A stretch of 32,000 nucleotides of DNA, from contig NZ_CP064926.1 in the NCBI RefSeq assembly GCF_018336915.1, forward strand, positions 60,001 through 92,000, in the 5' to 3' direction. This DNA is from Acaryochloris marina S15 (GTDB lineage: Bacteria > Cyanobacteriota > Cyanobacteriia > Thermosynechococcales > Thermosynechococcaceae). The translations under genes and the position numbers were made by a program. A model generated the notes under the pieces. The model saw nothing but the letters and a program-made list of their open reading frames with translations. It was not told where the DNA came from and ran no database searches. This document shows, one piece after another, positions 19,037 through 27,275 of the stretch; position 1 is the stretch's first letter; the number at the start of each line of letters is the position of its first letter.

Positions 19037-19558
19037 ATGTTTAAAACTAGGTTGCATACTCTCAGGTTTCTACTAGTTGCCTGTATCTTTATCGCTGCAT
19101 GTTCAGCGAATGCCCAGAAGGAAACCTTAAAGCCAACTCGCCTAGAACCATCAGCTACTGCTCAATCTAAGGAAAAATTGGTTAGAGAAGTTCTTATTGA
19201 ATTAGAAATAGCACAACAATATGATGTATATCTCAATAACAGCATTGACATGGCAATTCCAGCGTCAAAAGGTACTGATCGGTGGAGGGAATGGTTGCAA
19301 GATGTTGTGAAAGAAGAAGCAGGATGGAAATACATTGAAGACCAATACATTTCACAACTAAAATCTGATTTTTCAGCAGATGAATTGGCAGAATTAGTTA
19401 ATCTAGCCAAACACCCCCTCATGAAAAAATTGTTGCAGACTAACATGAAGGCATATATGAATGCAGCCCCTAAAAGGCGGAAATTGCTGGGAAAAGTTTG
19501 GTCTGACTATAATTCAGGCAAAATATCACCCCCTCCAGGGGTTAGACCTGGGTCTTGA
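19037..19558 (+). CDS. Secreted DUF2059-like protein
   Basis: ATG at 19037 gives a signal peptide (MFKTRLHTLRFLLVACIFIAACSANA). YISQLKSDFSADELAELVNLAKHPLMKKLLQ follows the DUF2059 pattern (Y...F+.eEl..l..F..sP.gkK). The longer ORF from 18917 overlaps the LRR fragment and is unlikely. Confidence 0.55.
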   Translation: MFKTRLHTLRFLLVACIFIAACSANAQKETLKPTRLEPSATAQSKEKLVREVLIELEIAQQYDVYLNNSIDMAIPASKGTDRWREWLQDVVKEEAGWKYIEDQYISQLKSDFSADELAELVNLAKHPLMKKLLQTNMKAYMNAAPKRRKLLGKVWSDYNSGKISPPPGVRPGS

Positions 19559-19688
19559 AGAACTAGTCTTATAAACAGTTGAAAATGGAAGACTCTCTAA
19601 TTTAGAGGTTTTCTTGGCTTTACCTTTCAATGGCATGCTGATACTACAGACCAATCCCAATATACAGGCAAGTTCTACACCCAACCAA

Positions 19689-19875
19689 TCACCCCCAGAT
19701 CCGAACCACACTCTCCCCATCCAAGTACACTCCAACCATCTCCTCAATGATGGACAATCAGCCCTGACGATTTCATCTGGGGGGTATGATATTCTCGACG
19801 TCTGTGAGTTTAAGTACAACTTATATGGCTCTAACCTCAACGGGTAGCAGTTGTGATGGGACGGTTATTAGTCGG
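19689..19875 (-). pseudogene. WG-module copy D (inverted, decayed: stops and frameshifts)
   Basis: The reverse complement reads ...VVLKLTDVENIIPPR*..(shift)..IIEEMVGVYLDGESVVRIWG*, with the stop at 19689..19691. It aligns with ...LELEDTFDVL...IERIEEMIGVWLDRERVARAWG* of copy A. Confidence 0.45.
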
Positions 19876-19883
19876 AAAAATCA

Positions 19884-21278
19884 ATGTATCTATTGTTTGC
19901 CACAGTGCTCTCAGCATCTCTATCTACTCCTGCTGTTCGTGATTGTAGTGATCAAAGCAGCTCTACAATAACTGACAGTAAAACTAATATTCTCCTAGTC
20001 GCCGAAGTGAAAGAAGGATGTAAAGACAAAAACTGCATACGATTGGGGAATACAGTTGCCCCTGCCAAATCCGAAAAATGCCCAATAGAACTCTACTCAG
20101 CTGAAACAGATGTTCAGCGCCCTTTCGAAAAACTTTGCATCCTGAATGTCTCTACAGGTAAGACTCTCTTTAGCAATAAATCGCCCGAAGAGGCCACTAA
20201 GCGCCTGAAAAAAGCAGGATGTAAGTGTGGAGCAGATGCCGTCATTCTCAATGATGTCAATCGTGAGAGTGCAAATGCAATGTCTTGGGGACGAAGTACT
20301 GCCAAAGGCATTGGTATTCGATATTCCCAACAATCCCCAACAGCAGCCCAAGGTCAAAAACCGCCAGCAACGACTGGTCAGAGCGCCACTCAGAGCACTA
20401 GTAAGGCTTCAAATTCCCAAAGTAATGCTCCTATTTCTCCTACTCGACCAGCAGAATCTAACCAATCAAAACGAATTGATGAGTTGAGAAGAATTGGTAG
20501 TCGTTTCTTTTCAACATCCCCAACAGCAACCCAAGGTCAAAAACCGCCAGCAACGACTGGTCAGAGTGCCACTCAGAACACTAGTAAGGCTTCACCCTCC
20601 CCACAAAACACCGCTCGTGTTTCTCCTCCTCCAGCACCTACACCCTCTACTCCACCAGTAGATCCTTACGAAATTGCGAGGCAGGTCACAGTTCTGATTG
20701 ACGGACAAAATCCTGGCTCTGGGGTGATCATTGCTCAATCCAATAATATTTACTATGTGCTAACGGCCAAACATGTGGTGGCCACCTCTGATGAGTATGA
20801 AATTGTCACACTCGATGGTCGGAAACATGCCGTTGCGTCTCAAAAAATCAAACGATTACCTAAAATCGACTTAGCTATGGTGGAATTCACAAGTAAGCAG
20901 GATTATCCAGTTGCGACGTTAGGAAATTCTGAGCAAGCTAAACAGGGTATGAATATCTATGTCTCAGGGTGGCCTATTCCAGAACAAGCGATTACACAAC
21001 CTACCCATTTAGTCACCAAAGGTGACATTGTGGGTTTGCAAACGGGAGATGCAGAAGGATATGGTCTCCTCTATGGCAATAGCACTGCACCGGGCATGAG
21101 CGGAGGACCGATCTTGAATACAGAGGGTCAAGTCATTGGTATTCATGGACGGGCTGCAGGGAATCAGGAGAGTGGTAAGGTCGGCATCAACTTAGGCATG
21201 CAGATTAGTCTATTTCTACAGTCAGCTTCTCAAGTCGGAATTGATGTACAACAGCTTGGTTTGAAAGCTCAAAACTGA
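19884..21278 (+). CDS. Secreted multi-domain trypsin-like (S1/chymotrypsin-fold) serine protease
   Basis: The C-terminal ~200 aa carry the catalytic-triad context: GSGVIIAQSNNIYYVLTAKHVV (His), DLAMVEF (Asp) and APGMSGGPILNTEGQVIGIHG (Ser). The N-terminal ~150 aa are Cys-rich and resemble small lipoprotein domains of the DUF4156 type (...EATKRLKKAGCKCGADAVIL). The central part is a duplicated Q/T/S/P-rich linker. Confidence 0.8.
   Translation: MYLLFATVLSASLSTPAVRDCSDQSSSTITDSKTNILLVAEVKEGCKDKNCIRLGNTVAPAKSEKCPIELYSAETDVQRPFEKLCILNVSTGKTLFSNKSPEEATKRLKKAGCKCGADAVILNDVNRESANAMSWGRSTAKGIGIRYSQQSPTAAQGQKPPATTGQSATQSTSKASNSQSNAPISPTRPAESNQSKRIDELRRIGSRFFSTSPTATQGQKPPATTGQSATQNTSKASPSPQNTARVSPPPAPTPSTPPVDPYEIARQVTVLIDGQNPGSGVIIAQSNNIYYVLTAKHVVATSDEYEIVTLDGRKHAVASQKIKRLPKIDLAMVEFTSKQDYPVATLGNSEQAKQGMNIYVSGWPIPEQAITQPTHLVTKGDIVGLQTGDAEGYGLLYGNSTAPGMSGGPILNTEGQVIGIHGRAAGNQESGKVGINLGMQISLFLQSASQVGIDVQQLGLKAQN
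20333..20594 (+). repeat. Two 79-nt direct repeats (20333..20411 and 20516..20594, 76/79 identical) inside the protease linker
   Basis: Both encode SPTA(A/T)QGQKPPATTGQSATQ(S/N)TSKAS. The three differences were counted by hand. Confidence 0.85.
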
Positions 21279-21416
21279 AAGGGTAAGTACTGAGTATCCA
21301 AGATCGATAGATACCGTGTGTTCAAGCATTGTAATTTTTAGAGTACTTATCTCCAGCCCCCACGGTTTTTCCCATATTCATGACGCAACATAAATTTTAT
21401 GATGTTTTTTCTCACT

Positions 21417-21812
21417 TTATAAATAACTTTGTTTACGTTGACTCAAAACATCATCGATAATGATGACAATAACGGTTGGCACACCTCCAAAGATAACTAT
21501 CAGAAATATGATTATGAAAAGATTTAACACTCTTTCATTAATATCTGTATCAAAGAAAAAACGCTGGCCTTCTAAATACTGAACCGATTGACCATCCTCC
21601 TCTAGCCTAAAAATTGCTTCGTAGTAGGGTGCATGCTCATCCGCAATCTGAGAACTAATAGCACTAATAAATGCACGTTTTTCCCCAGATGATGTTTCAC
21701 CAATCAAAATAATCCCTGACATATTATGGTTAGAGAAGCCCTCATCTGGAATAGCAATAATAGGAGTTTGCATCATCGACGTATACAGATCTGCAGCTCC
21801 TTTCAAATCCAT
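21417..21812 (-). CDS. Hypothetical C-terminally membrane-anchored protein
   Basis: 131-aa ORF with an ATG start and a hydrophobic stretch LNLFIIIFLIVIFGGVPTVIVIII near the C-terminus. I recognise no family. Confidence 0.5.
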   Translation of the reverse strand: MDLKGAADLYTSMMQTPIIAIPDEGFSNHNMSGIILIGETSSGEKRAFISAISSQIADEHAPYYEAIFRLEEDGQSVQYLEGQRFFFDTDINERVLNLFIIIFLIVIFGGVPTVIVIIIDDVLSQRKQSYL

Positions 21813-21832
21813 ATCAAAAGACGAGGGTAATC

Positions 21833-23299
21833 GTAAGCGTAAACATCACGTATTACTATAGTTTTCCGTGATACTCTAATTCTTGTAGAGGTTAGAGAGC
21901 AACGGTGGTAGATAGATTACGAATTTAGAGTCATTGTAGAGAAAGTCTCTATCACCAGTCAGGAAGTCGTTAAACGAGACACTCTAAAAATCTATGCCAT
22001 TAAACAACCAAAGTCTATTCTAGATCTTGGATTGCGCCATGAAGAACAAATCTCTCTACTTTCCAAAGTTCAAAGTGCACTGTTAGCTGAACAATCCACC
22101 CTCATCGACATCGGTCTAAAGCAGTGTACTAAATGTGGTGAGAAACTCGGAAAGCTTGGTTTCATATCATCTACATTCCATGCCGTCTTCAGCGACCATA
22201 AGCTCCGTATTCAAAAGCATCGTTGTAAGAATCCAGAGTGTCGGTGGCAAAGTACTCCAACAACGATCAGTGTCTTTGGCACGGATACTCATCCTGACTT
22301 AGTGAAACTGCAGTGTGAGAATGGTGCCCTGCATAGCTATCGAGAAGCCCAGGATAATATGGAACGCCTGAACACTCAACGCCGGAGTGTGAATAACCAT
22401 GTCCAAATCAAAAACGTAACCAATCAAGTCGGTGAGCGCTTATCTCAAGTGAACACTACCCCTCCTAACTTAGAAGAGTTACCCACCCCTGCAGCAGAAC
22501 TCATTGCTCAAGTCGATGGCGGGCATATCTCAACTAAAGATAAAGACAAACGCAGTTTTGAAGCCCTATCTGGCATTGTCTATCGTCCCAGTGCGATTGA
22601 AGTAGTCGATAAACATCATCGCCAAATTACTGAAAAGACCTGTGTTGTTTCCGCTTTAGAGGATGAGTTGCAAACCATCAAGACCTATCTGCATCATGCA
22701 GCCCTCAAACAAGGGATGACCCAAGAGACAAAGATTACCGCTTTGGCCGATGGAGCACACAACTGTTGGTCCGTTATTTTAGCCCTTGAACCCCATTGCA
22801 AAACCTTAGACCTCATTTTGGACTGGTTTCACATTGGCAAGAAATTCCAGAATGTCAGCAATGCACTGGGGGACACCTTCACAGATTCCCTTGATAGTGC
22901 AAAGTGGAGTTTATGGCATGAAAAAGTAGATAATGCTCTGCAGAAGATTGCCCTACTTCGAGATAATATCTCAGATGAGAAGAAGCAAACAAAGCTCAAA
23001 AGCTTACACGACTACTTGAAGAATAATCGTGATTATCTTGTCAATTATGACGATCGAGAGAAAGCAGGGTTAGCTTATACCAACCAAGTTGCAGAAACTC
23101 ATATTGACACCATCATTAATGCTCGGCACAAAAAGAAGCAGAAGATGCAATGGACTCGGGTTGGTGCTCATAATGTCTTACAAATTAGAGCCAGTATGAT
23201 CAGTAATGAATGGAGCGATAAGTGGCTTGATTTAGTTCTCCCTGAAGAAGAAAAAGCTGCTTGAGAATTAGCTTTCTAATATGTGATATTTACGCTTAC
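21833..23299 (+). mobile_element. ISKra4-like insertion sequence (1467 bp), copy 2 (unrelated in sequence to copy 1)
   Basis: 17-bp terminal inverted repeats: GTAAGCGTAAACATCAC (21833..21849) and GTGATATTTACGCTTAC (23283..23299), with one mismatch. No direct duplication is evident in the flanks (AGGGTAATC versus AGCTAACGT). Confidence 0.75.
22032..23264 (+). CDS. ISKra4-like transposase
   Basis: 410-codon ORF with a Zn-finger-like region (QCTKCGEKL...HRCKNPEC). The frame is open upstream to 21912 (IDYEFRVIVEKVSITSQEVV...LDLGLRHEEQ) and that stretch looks like genuine N-terminal sequence. However, the position where a start is expected reads ATA (21912), so the track start TTG 22032 may be secondary. 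Confidence 0.8.
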   Translation: MRHEEQISLLSKVQSALLAEQSTLIDIGLKQCTKCGEKLGKLGFISSTFHAVFSDHKLRIQKHRCKNPECRWQSTPTTISVFGTDTHPDLVKLQCENGALHSYREAQDNMERLNTQRRSVNNHVQIKNVTNQVGERLSQVNTTPPNLEELPTPAAELIAQVDGGHISTKDKDKRSFEALSGIVYRPSAIEVVDKHHRQITEKTCVVSALEDELQTIKTYLHHAALKQGMTQETKITALADGAHNCWSVILALEPHCKTLDLILDWFHIGKKFQNVSNALGDTFTDSLDSAKWSLWHEKVDNALQKIALLRDNISDEKKQTKLKSLHDYLKNNRDYLVNYDDREKAGLAYTNQVAETHIDTIINARHKKKQKMQWTRVGAHNVLQIRASMISNEWSDKWLDLVLPEEEKAA

Positions 23300-23307
23300 A
23301 GCTAACG

Positions 23308-23832
23308 TTGGATCTATGGAAAAAGCAAGGCCACCACAAAAACGGTGTTATGTTGCCATTTAACTGGAACGGTAGTTTTGATCTGGAGCTTCCTTACAAA
23401 TCTGATGGAGAAATTTTGCTGGCTATTCTTCGAGCATTGAGGGCAGAACGAGCCCAAAATATTCGATACACAGATAATCAAGTCAAATTTAACGGTGGAT
23501 TCTTTCGATGGGTTAGTAAATCGAATCGGCTGAATATGATTTCGTCTGGTACCATCACGTTTCAGCGAAATAATGAGCGTATGGTAAGGGTTCAGTATTA
23601 CCTGTCTTTCTGGGAGCTTTTCTTGCTTATAACTGTATGGGTGGGGGGGATTTTTAGGCTAGTGGTTTGGGATTACTCTTCAACTAACCATCACACTAAG
23701 CTTTTCATCGTAGTGGGAATGTGGTTCTTTTTATATGGTAGTAATTTTGCCCTCGCCCTGTTTGGATTTTCCCGTTTATTGAAGCAGTCGCTTACTTCTT
23801 CCAACTCAAGGACAACGGACAAGCGCAATTGA
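23308..23832 (+). CDS. Hypothetical membrane protein (two predicted TM helices in the C-terminal half)
   Basis: 174-codon ORF (TTG 23308, ATG alternative 23350). The hydrophobic segments are FWELFLLITVWVGGIFRLVVW and LFIVVGMWFFLYGSNFALALFGF. Confidence 0.5.
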   Translation: MDLWKKQGHHKNGVMLPFNWNGSFDLELPYKSDGEILLAILRALRAERAQNIRYTDNQVKFNGGFFRWVSKSNRLNMISSGTITFQRNNERMVRVQYYLSFWELFLLITVWVGGIFRLVVWDYSSTNHHTKLFIVVGMWFFLYGSNFALALFGFSRLLKQSLTSSNSRTTDKRN

Positions 23833-23959
23833 ACTCTATCTCTTCTGAAAATCTATAATCCAGCTATGAATCGTGAACAGTTAATTCCTCGAACCTAATT
23901 CAAGCCGGTGTACAACCTGCATCTTTTGCTCTCCCCAGGATGGCGGGCAATCATGAGCA

Positions 23960-24151
23960 ATGGAACAAGATGAAATTATCATCCGCTACTATCGCAAACC
24001 GATTCGTGTCATGGTTGATCCAGGCAAGAATCATCCGCGATACGAGAGCGATTTGTTGTTTGGTTGGATTTGCCAGGGTAAAGCCAGAAGACCCGTTCTC
24101 CAAAAATTTCCTGACGCTGAGATAGTGGCTAAAAGCAAAGCCCAACAGTAG
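23960..24151 (+). CDS. Hypothetical small protein (one of three mutually overlapping ORFs)
   Basis: 63 aa, chosen only because its composition looks most protein-like. ORFs 23940..24125 (+) and 23951..24145 (-) overlap it. Confidence 0.3.
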   Translation: MEQDEIIIRYYRKPIRVMVDPGKNHPRYESDLLFGWICQGKARRPVLQKFPDAEIVAKSKAQQ

Positions 24152-24247
24152 CTGTAAAGTTATAGTTCAAAATATCCGTCTCATTTGACTTACAGCGCTT
24201 AAGATCAGAGGAAGATAGCACCTCACTCACCCAATGAGGCCATTCCT

Positions 24248-24595
24248 ATGGATGAAGCTCTAGACGCTCTATCGCAACAACTCAAGGTTGGCGATGTTGT
24301 TGAGATAAGCATTATTGACCGAGATTTCTTCCCAGGACAAACGATTGAGATTCCTATTGCTTGCAAACATTTGACCAAATACAACCTTTTTCTCTATTTT
24401 CATCCCCACAGGTTGAACTTGGAATATATCGGAATTGGAGATGATACCGATAATGAATGGCTTGCTCTGGTGATTGATCATCTGGAAATCGCCGACTTCA
24501 GAAGAGGGTATATCGCCACCTATGACGAAGAGAAGTCCTGGAGCAATCAACTGGTGGCTTGGGAAAAGATAGGCAGTAGTGCAGACCCTATCTAG
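24248..24595 (+). CDS. Hypothetical protein
   Basis: 115-aa ORF with an ATG start, ending 59 nt upstream of the next gene on the same strand. I recognise no family. Confidence 0.5.
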   Translation: MDEALDALSQQLKVGDVVEISIIDRDFFPGQTIEIPIACKHLTKYNLFLYFHPHRLNLEYIGIGDDTDNEWLALVIDHLEIADFRRGYIATYDEEKSWSNQLVAWEKIGSSADPI

Positions 24596-24654
24596 AAGCA
24601 AAGCCAGGCTTAGCCTCAATTGACTAGACTTGGACTGGACGGCTGAGGTCAATC

Positions 24655-25071
24655 ATGATTCATATTCCATCTCTGACTCACGAACAGCTAGAACTCCTAA
24701 GATTAACCAAAAAAGATTCTGTAGAGGAATTACAGCTTTTTTATGAGTTTCCGATTGTTGATGATAATAACAAGCCGCCCATCGTGCATCCCTCACTCAT
24801 TCAAGAGCTGATTGATAACCACCTTATCCAGGTCAGAGAGATAGAAGCTTCTATGCTTGCTTCAGAATTTCAGCAATTGAACTGGTCAGAATATTGTGAA
24901 GATCTGGATTACCCCACTCAAGTTGATTGGGACCAATGGCGGCAAGGATTCATTGCCCAACTCGGTGAGGGAGTTGAACAGCTTATGAATCCAGGGAAAG
25001 GGTTAGGGCAATTCACAAAGGTTTGGATCCGAGAGATTCGTGTTCGAGCAGTTCAACCGAGCAACCTATGA
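24655..25071 (+). CDS. Hypothetical acidic protein, 'HIPSLT' family paralog 1
   Basis: 138 aa, with GAGG 9 nt upstream of the ATG. It is collinear with ORF 26826..27230: M(I/V)HIPSLT..QLE(L/I)LRL.K......LQL.(Y/F)E(F/S)P......P....PSLIQE(L/M)ID..L..................W.EYC.D(L/I)(D/E).P....W..WR..FI...........PG........VW(I/V).E.....AVQP. Confidence 0.7.
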   Translation: MIHIPSLTHEQLELLRLTKKDSVEELQLFYEFPIVDDNNKPPIVHPSLIQELIDNHLIQVREIEASMLASEFQQLNWSEYCEDLDYPTQVDWDQWRQGFIAQLGEGVEQLMNPGKGLGQFTKVWIREIRVRAVQPSNL

Positions 25072-25590
25072 TCGGGACTGGCGTGTGAAATTTAATTGCA
25101 TCTAAAATTAGTCGATGGAACTCACACCTAAATTTTCAGATTCTATACGGTTTTTGTAATACTTAGGTAATATAAATTCTGTATGGATTTTGAAATTTAA
25201 CGGATGAGAGATTAGTTTATCCAGGTTGAGAGGTTAGGGATTAGCTTTGCGATGGTCAAAGACCGACAGGAGGTCATCGTGCAACTGATACCAAGTCCTG
25301 AAACTCGCACCAATCCTACACACGGGAAAGAATACGGTAGCTTGGTAGCCCTGTGGCTTCAGGCCAGGGTGAAATAAGCTACTCGGGTGTATTTATTTAC
25401 CGTGGTAAAATAAAGGTAGTTACAAAACCCGACAACCCAGTCAGAGTGGGGCTTAATATCCTATGAAGGCCAATATACCTTTAGGTAGCAAAGTGGATCC
25501 ATCAGACAGAGATTCAAATAGCAATACTCAACGACTTAAATAAGCTGAATCACCTGAATAGTGATGTAGATATTCTTCCTAAGAAAAACT

Positions 25591-26307
25591 ATGGCCAGCA
25601 CCTATCAAACAAACTGGGAGAATTATTGGACTCAATTATTTGATAGTGGTGAACCTGCATTTTGGGATGTACCGACTAACAAGGAATTAGCGGCCTTATT
25701 ACCTGAGTTGAAGGTAGCGTTTGGCGGTGATTTACCTTTGGTAGACTTCGGCTGTGGAAATGGAACCCAAACGCTATTACTCGCTCAGCATTTTTCACAT
25801 GTAATAGGTGTGGATATATCAAGTACTGCAATTGCACAGGCCCGAACCCGTGCTCAGGATGGTCAGCCTCAATTCCAATTGCTAGATGCTACCTCCATAG
25901 ACGCAGCTCAAGCTCTCCATACTACTTTGGGTGATGCCAATGTTTATATGCGAGGTCTGCTCCATCAAATTCAGCCTGCGGATCGGCCTTCTATCATCCA
26001 CTCACTACAAACATTGATGGGAACGCAAGGTAAACTTTTCTTGATGGAGCTGAGTTCTCAAGCCAAACAGCTATTTCAAAAGTTGACTGCTCAGCTCGGT
26101 GCTCCTCCACCTCAACTTGCACAGATTTTTAAGCAAGGAATAGTCCCAGCAGATATTACACCTGAAGAGATACGAACCTTCTTCCCAGAGGACCAGTATA
26201 AGATTAAGGACATGGGTAATATTTCGTACACTAGCAATACGACATTGCCAGATAATACACCTCTTTTAGTACCTTGCTTCTGTATGTTGATTATGAAAAT
26301 TAGATAG
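25591..26307 (+). CDS. Class I SAM-dependent methyltransferase
   Basis: 238-aa ORF with motif I (LVDFGCGNGTQTLLLAQ), VIGVDIS, and a post-I acidic motif context. Confidence 0.85.
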   Translation: MASTYQTNWENYWTQLFDSGEPAFWDVPTNKELAALLPELKVAFGGDLPLVDFGCGNGTQTLLLAQHFSHVIGVDISSTAIAQARTRAQDGQPQFQLLDATSIDAAQALHTTLGDANVYMRGLLHQIQPADRPSIIHSLQTLMGTQGKLFLMELSSQAKQLFQKLTAQLGAPPPQLAQIFKQGIVPADITPEEIRTFFPEDQYKIKDMGNISYTSNTTLPDNTPLLVPCFCMLIMKIR

Positions 26308-26438
26308 CTTGCCAATCCATCCAAAGACTCACAATAAGTCGTGTTTGGCAAAACTGTTTAGGGATTCCCGATCTTGGCCCTGGTCAGACTACATTGTTAG
26401 CATAATGCACTAACCAACTTTACCCATTCCACCCATCC

Positions 26439-26648
26439 ATGTCAGAGCAAGAACAATACTCCATACCCCCCTCTCGAAATACTGAGGAAATTCTCGACAA
26501 CTACAACAGCGATGCCAAAAAGATGCGGGCTAAAGCTGCTAAGGCCAGGATTGCGGCTCGACAGAAAGCGGAACGAGCGGCACAGCAGAGGGCTGCGATT
26601 GAGAGGATTCCGCTAGAGCATCGGTACGTGCCTGATCAGGCTAGTTAG
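26439..26648 (+). CDS. Small Arg/Ala/Gln-rich helical protein, paralog 1
   Basis: 69 aa. It aligns with ORF 28375..28617: M(S/A)(E/D)QE(Q/K)YSI..SRNTEE.L...NSDAKKMRA.AA..RI.ARQ.A........A.IE.I(P/L)(L/P)E(H/Y).YVPDQAS*. About 25 nt upstream and the stop context GATCAGGCTAGTTAG are also shared. Confidence 0.65.
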   Translation: MSEQEQYSIPPSRNTEEILDNYNSDAKKMRAKAAKARIAARQKAERAAQQRAAIERIPLEHRYVPDQAS

Positions 26649-26710
26649 GATCAGTTGATCGAATCATCTATCCATCCCCAAAAATCGTACCCATCCCGCA
26701 AAACTCTGAC

Positions 26711-26796
26711 AATGCAGCATCCCCAAGTAAAGGCAGGGAGCGGAGCAAAGGCAGGGAGCGGAGCAAAGGCAGGGCTTTGTGATGGCAACATTGGCG
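26711..26796 (+). repeat. Dispersed repeat copy 1 (AATGCAGCATCCCCAAGTAAAGGCAGGGAGCGGAGCAAAGGCA...) with an internal 18-bp tandem duplication
   Basis: Matches 27751..27818. The unit GGCAGGGAGCGGAGCAAA occurs twice here (26732..26749 and 26750..26767) and once in copy 2. Confidence 0.85.
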
Positions 26797-26825
26797 CTAG
26801 TATTTCAACAAAACGAGGACAATGC

Positions 26826-27230
26826 ATGGTTCATATCCCCTCTCTAACCCAGGTACAATTGGAAATCCTGCGACTGGCAAAAGAAAATCCAGGTGAAACA
26901 CTTCAGTTATCGTTTGAATCTCCAGTAATGGGCGATGGAGAACCAAGAACCAAAAACCCTTCGCTAATTCAGGAAATGATTGATTTTGGGTTAGTTGAGA
27001 TCCAAAAGAGTCGGGTTTACTGCGAAATCTCTCGATTTCAAAGAGAGTGTTGGTTTGAGTACTGCGCCGATATAGAGTTGCCATCCATCTATGCTTGGGA
27101 GTTATGGCGAAAAGAGTTCATCAATAGTCAAGAGGGATCGACCACTCTGATTACACCAGGGGAAGAGTTTGAGGACTTCAGCTATGTGTGGGTGCAAGAG
27201 ATGGAATTCCAGGCAGTGCAACCAGGCTAG
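26826..27230 (+). CDS. Hypothetical acidic protein, 'HIPSLT' family paralog 2
   Basis: The start MVHIPSLT at ATG 26826 is supported by GAGGA 10 nt upstream and by the paralog's start. The ORF is open upstream to 26655, and ATG 26712 inside the repeat is in frame, so a longer N-terminus cannot be excluded. Confidence 0.7.
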   Translation: MVHIPSLTQVQLEILRLAKENPGETLQLSFESPVMGDGEPRTKNPSLIQEMIDFGLVEIQKSRVYCEISRFQRECWFEYCADIELPSIYAWELWRKEFINSQEGSTTLITPGEEFEDFSYVWVQEMEFQAVQPG

Positions 27231-27275
27231 GCTGAGAGTAGAATAAAGGGCGCAAATGCCAAAAGGGACCAGAGA

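Noticed and set aside
13991-19875. The WG-module repeats as template/variable repeats of a diversity-generating retroelement
   Set aside because: Differences between copies are not confined to adenine positions (for example G/T, C/A and T/A changes between copies A and C). The copies contain indels and stops. No reverse transcriptase gene is present in the window.
185-20487. Many ORFs in the supplied track that are nested in or antisense to long, well-supported genes. Examples: 185..409, 2594..2806, 2935..3180, 3323..3655, 5371..5724, 6142..6423, 7409..7769, 8245..8724, 10032..10292, 11558..12231, 13588..14216, 15440..15915, 17883..18413, 19162..19446, 20097..20487
   Set aside because: Each overlaps a longer ORF with recognisable domain content on the other strand or frame. 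Their sequences are low-complexity or mirror images of the real frame. They are treated as non-coding.
25321-25382. A cobalamin-riboswitch-like sequence (GGGAAAG ... GGTGAAATAAGC)
   Set aside because: The resemblance to the AGGGAA/GGTGAAAATCC core is superficial. No B12 box (GCCACTG) is present, and the downstream gene is a methyltransferase with no obvious B12 link.
26732-26767. The 18-bp tandem GGCAGGGAGCGGAGCAAA as a CRISPR-like or other regular array
   Set aside because: There are only two contiguous units plus a partial third, with no spacers. It is better explained as slippage within a dispersed repeat.
26655-26825. The upstream extension of the HIPSLT paralog 2 ORF (track start 26655) as genuine coding sequence
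   Set aside because: Paralog 1 starts directly at MIHIPSLT with its own ribosome-binding site, and paralog 2 has GAGGA before ATG 26826. The first 19 codons have no start-codon or homology support. The in-frame ATG 26712 inside the repeat is kept as an open question under findings.
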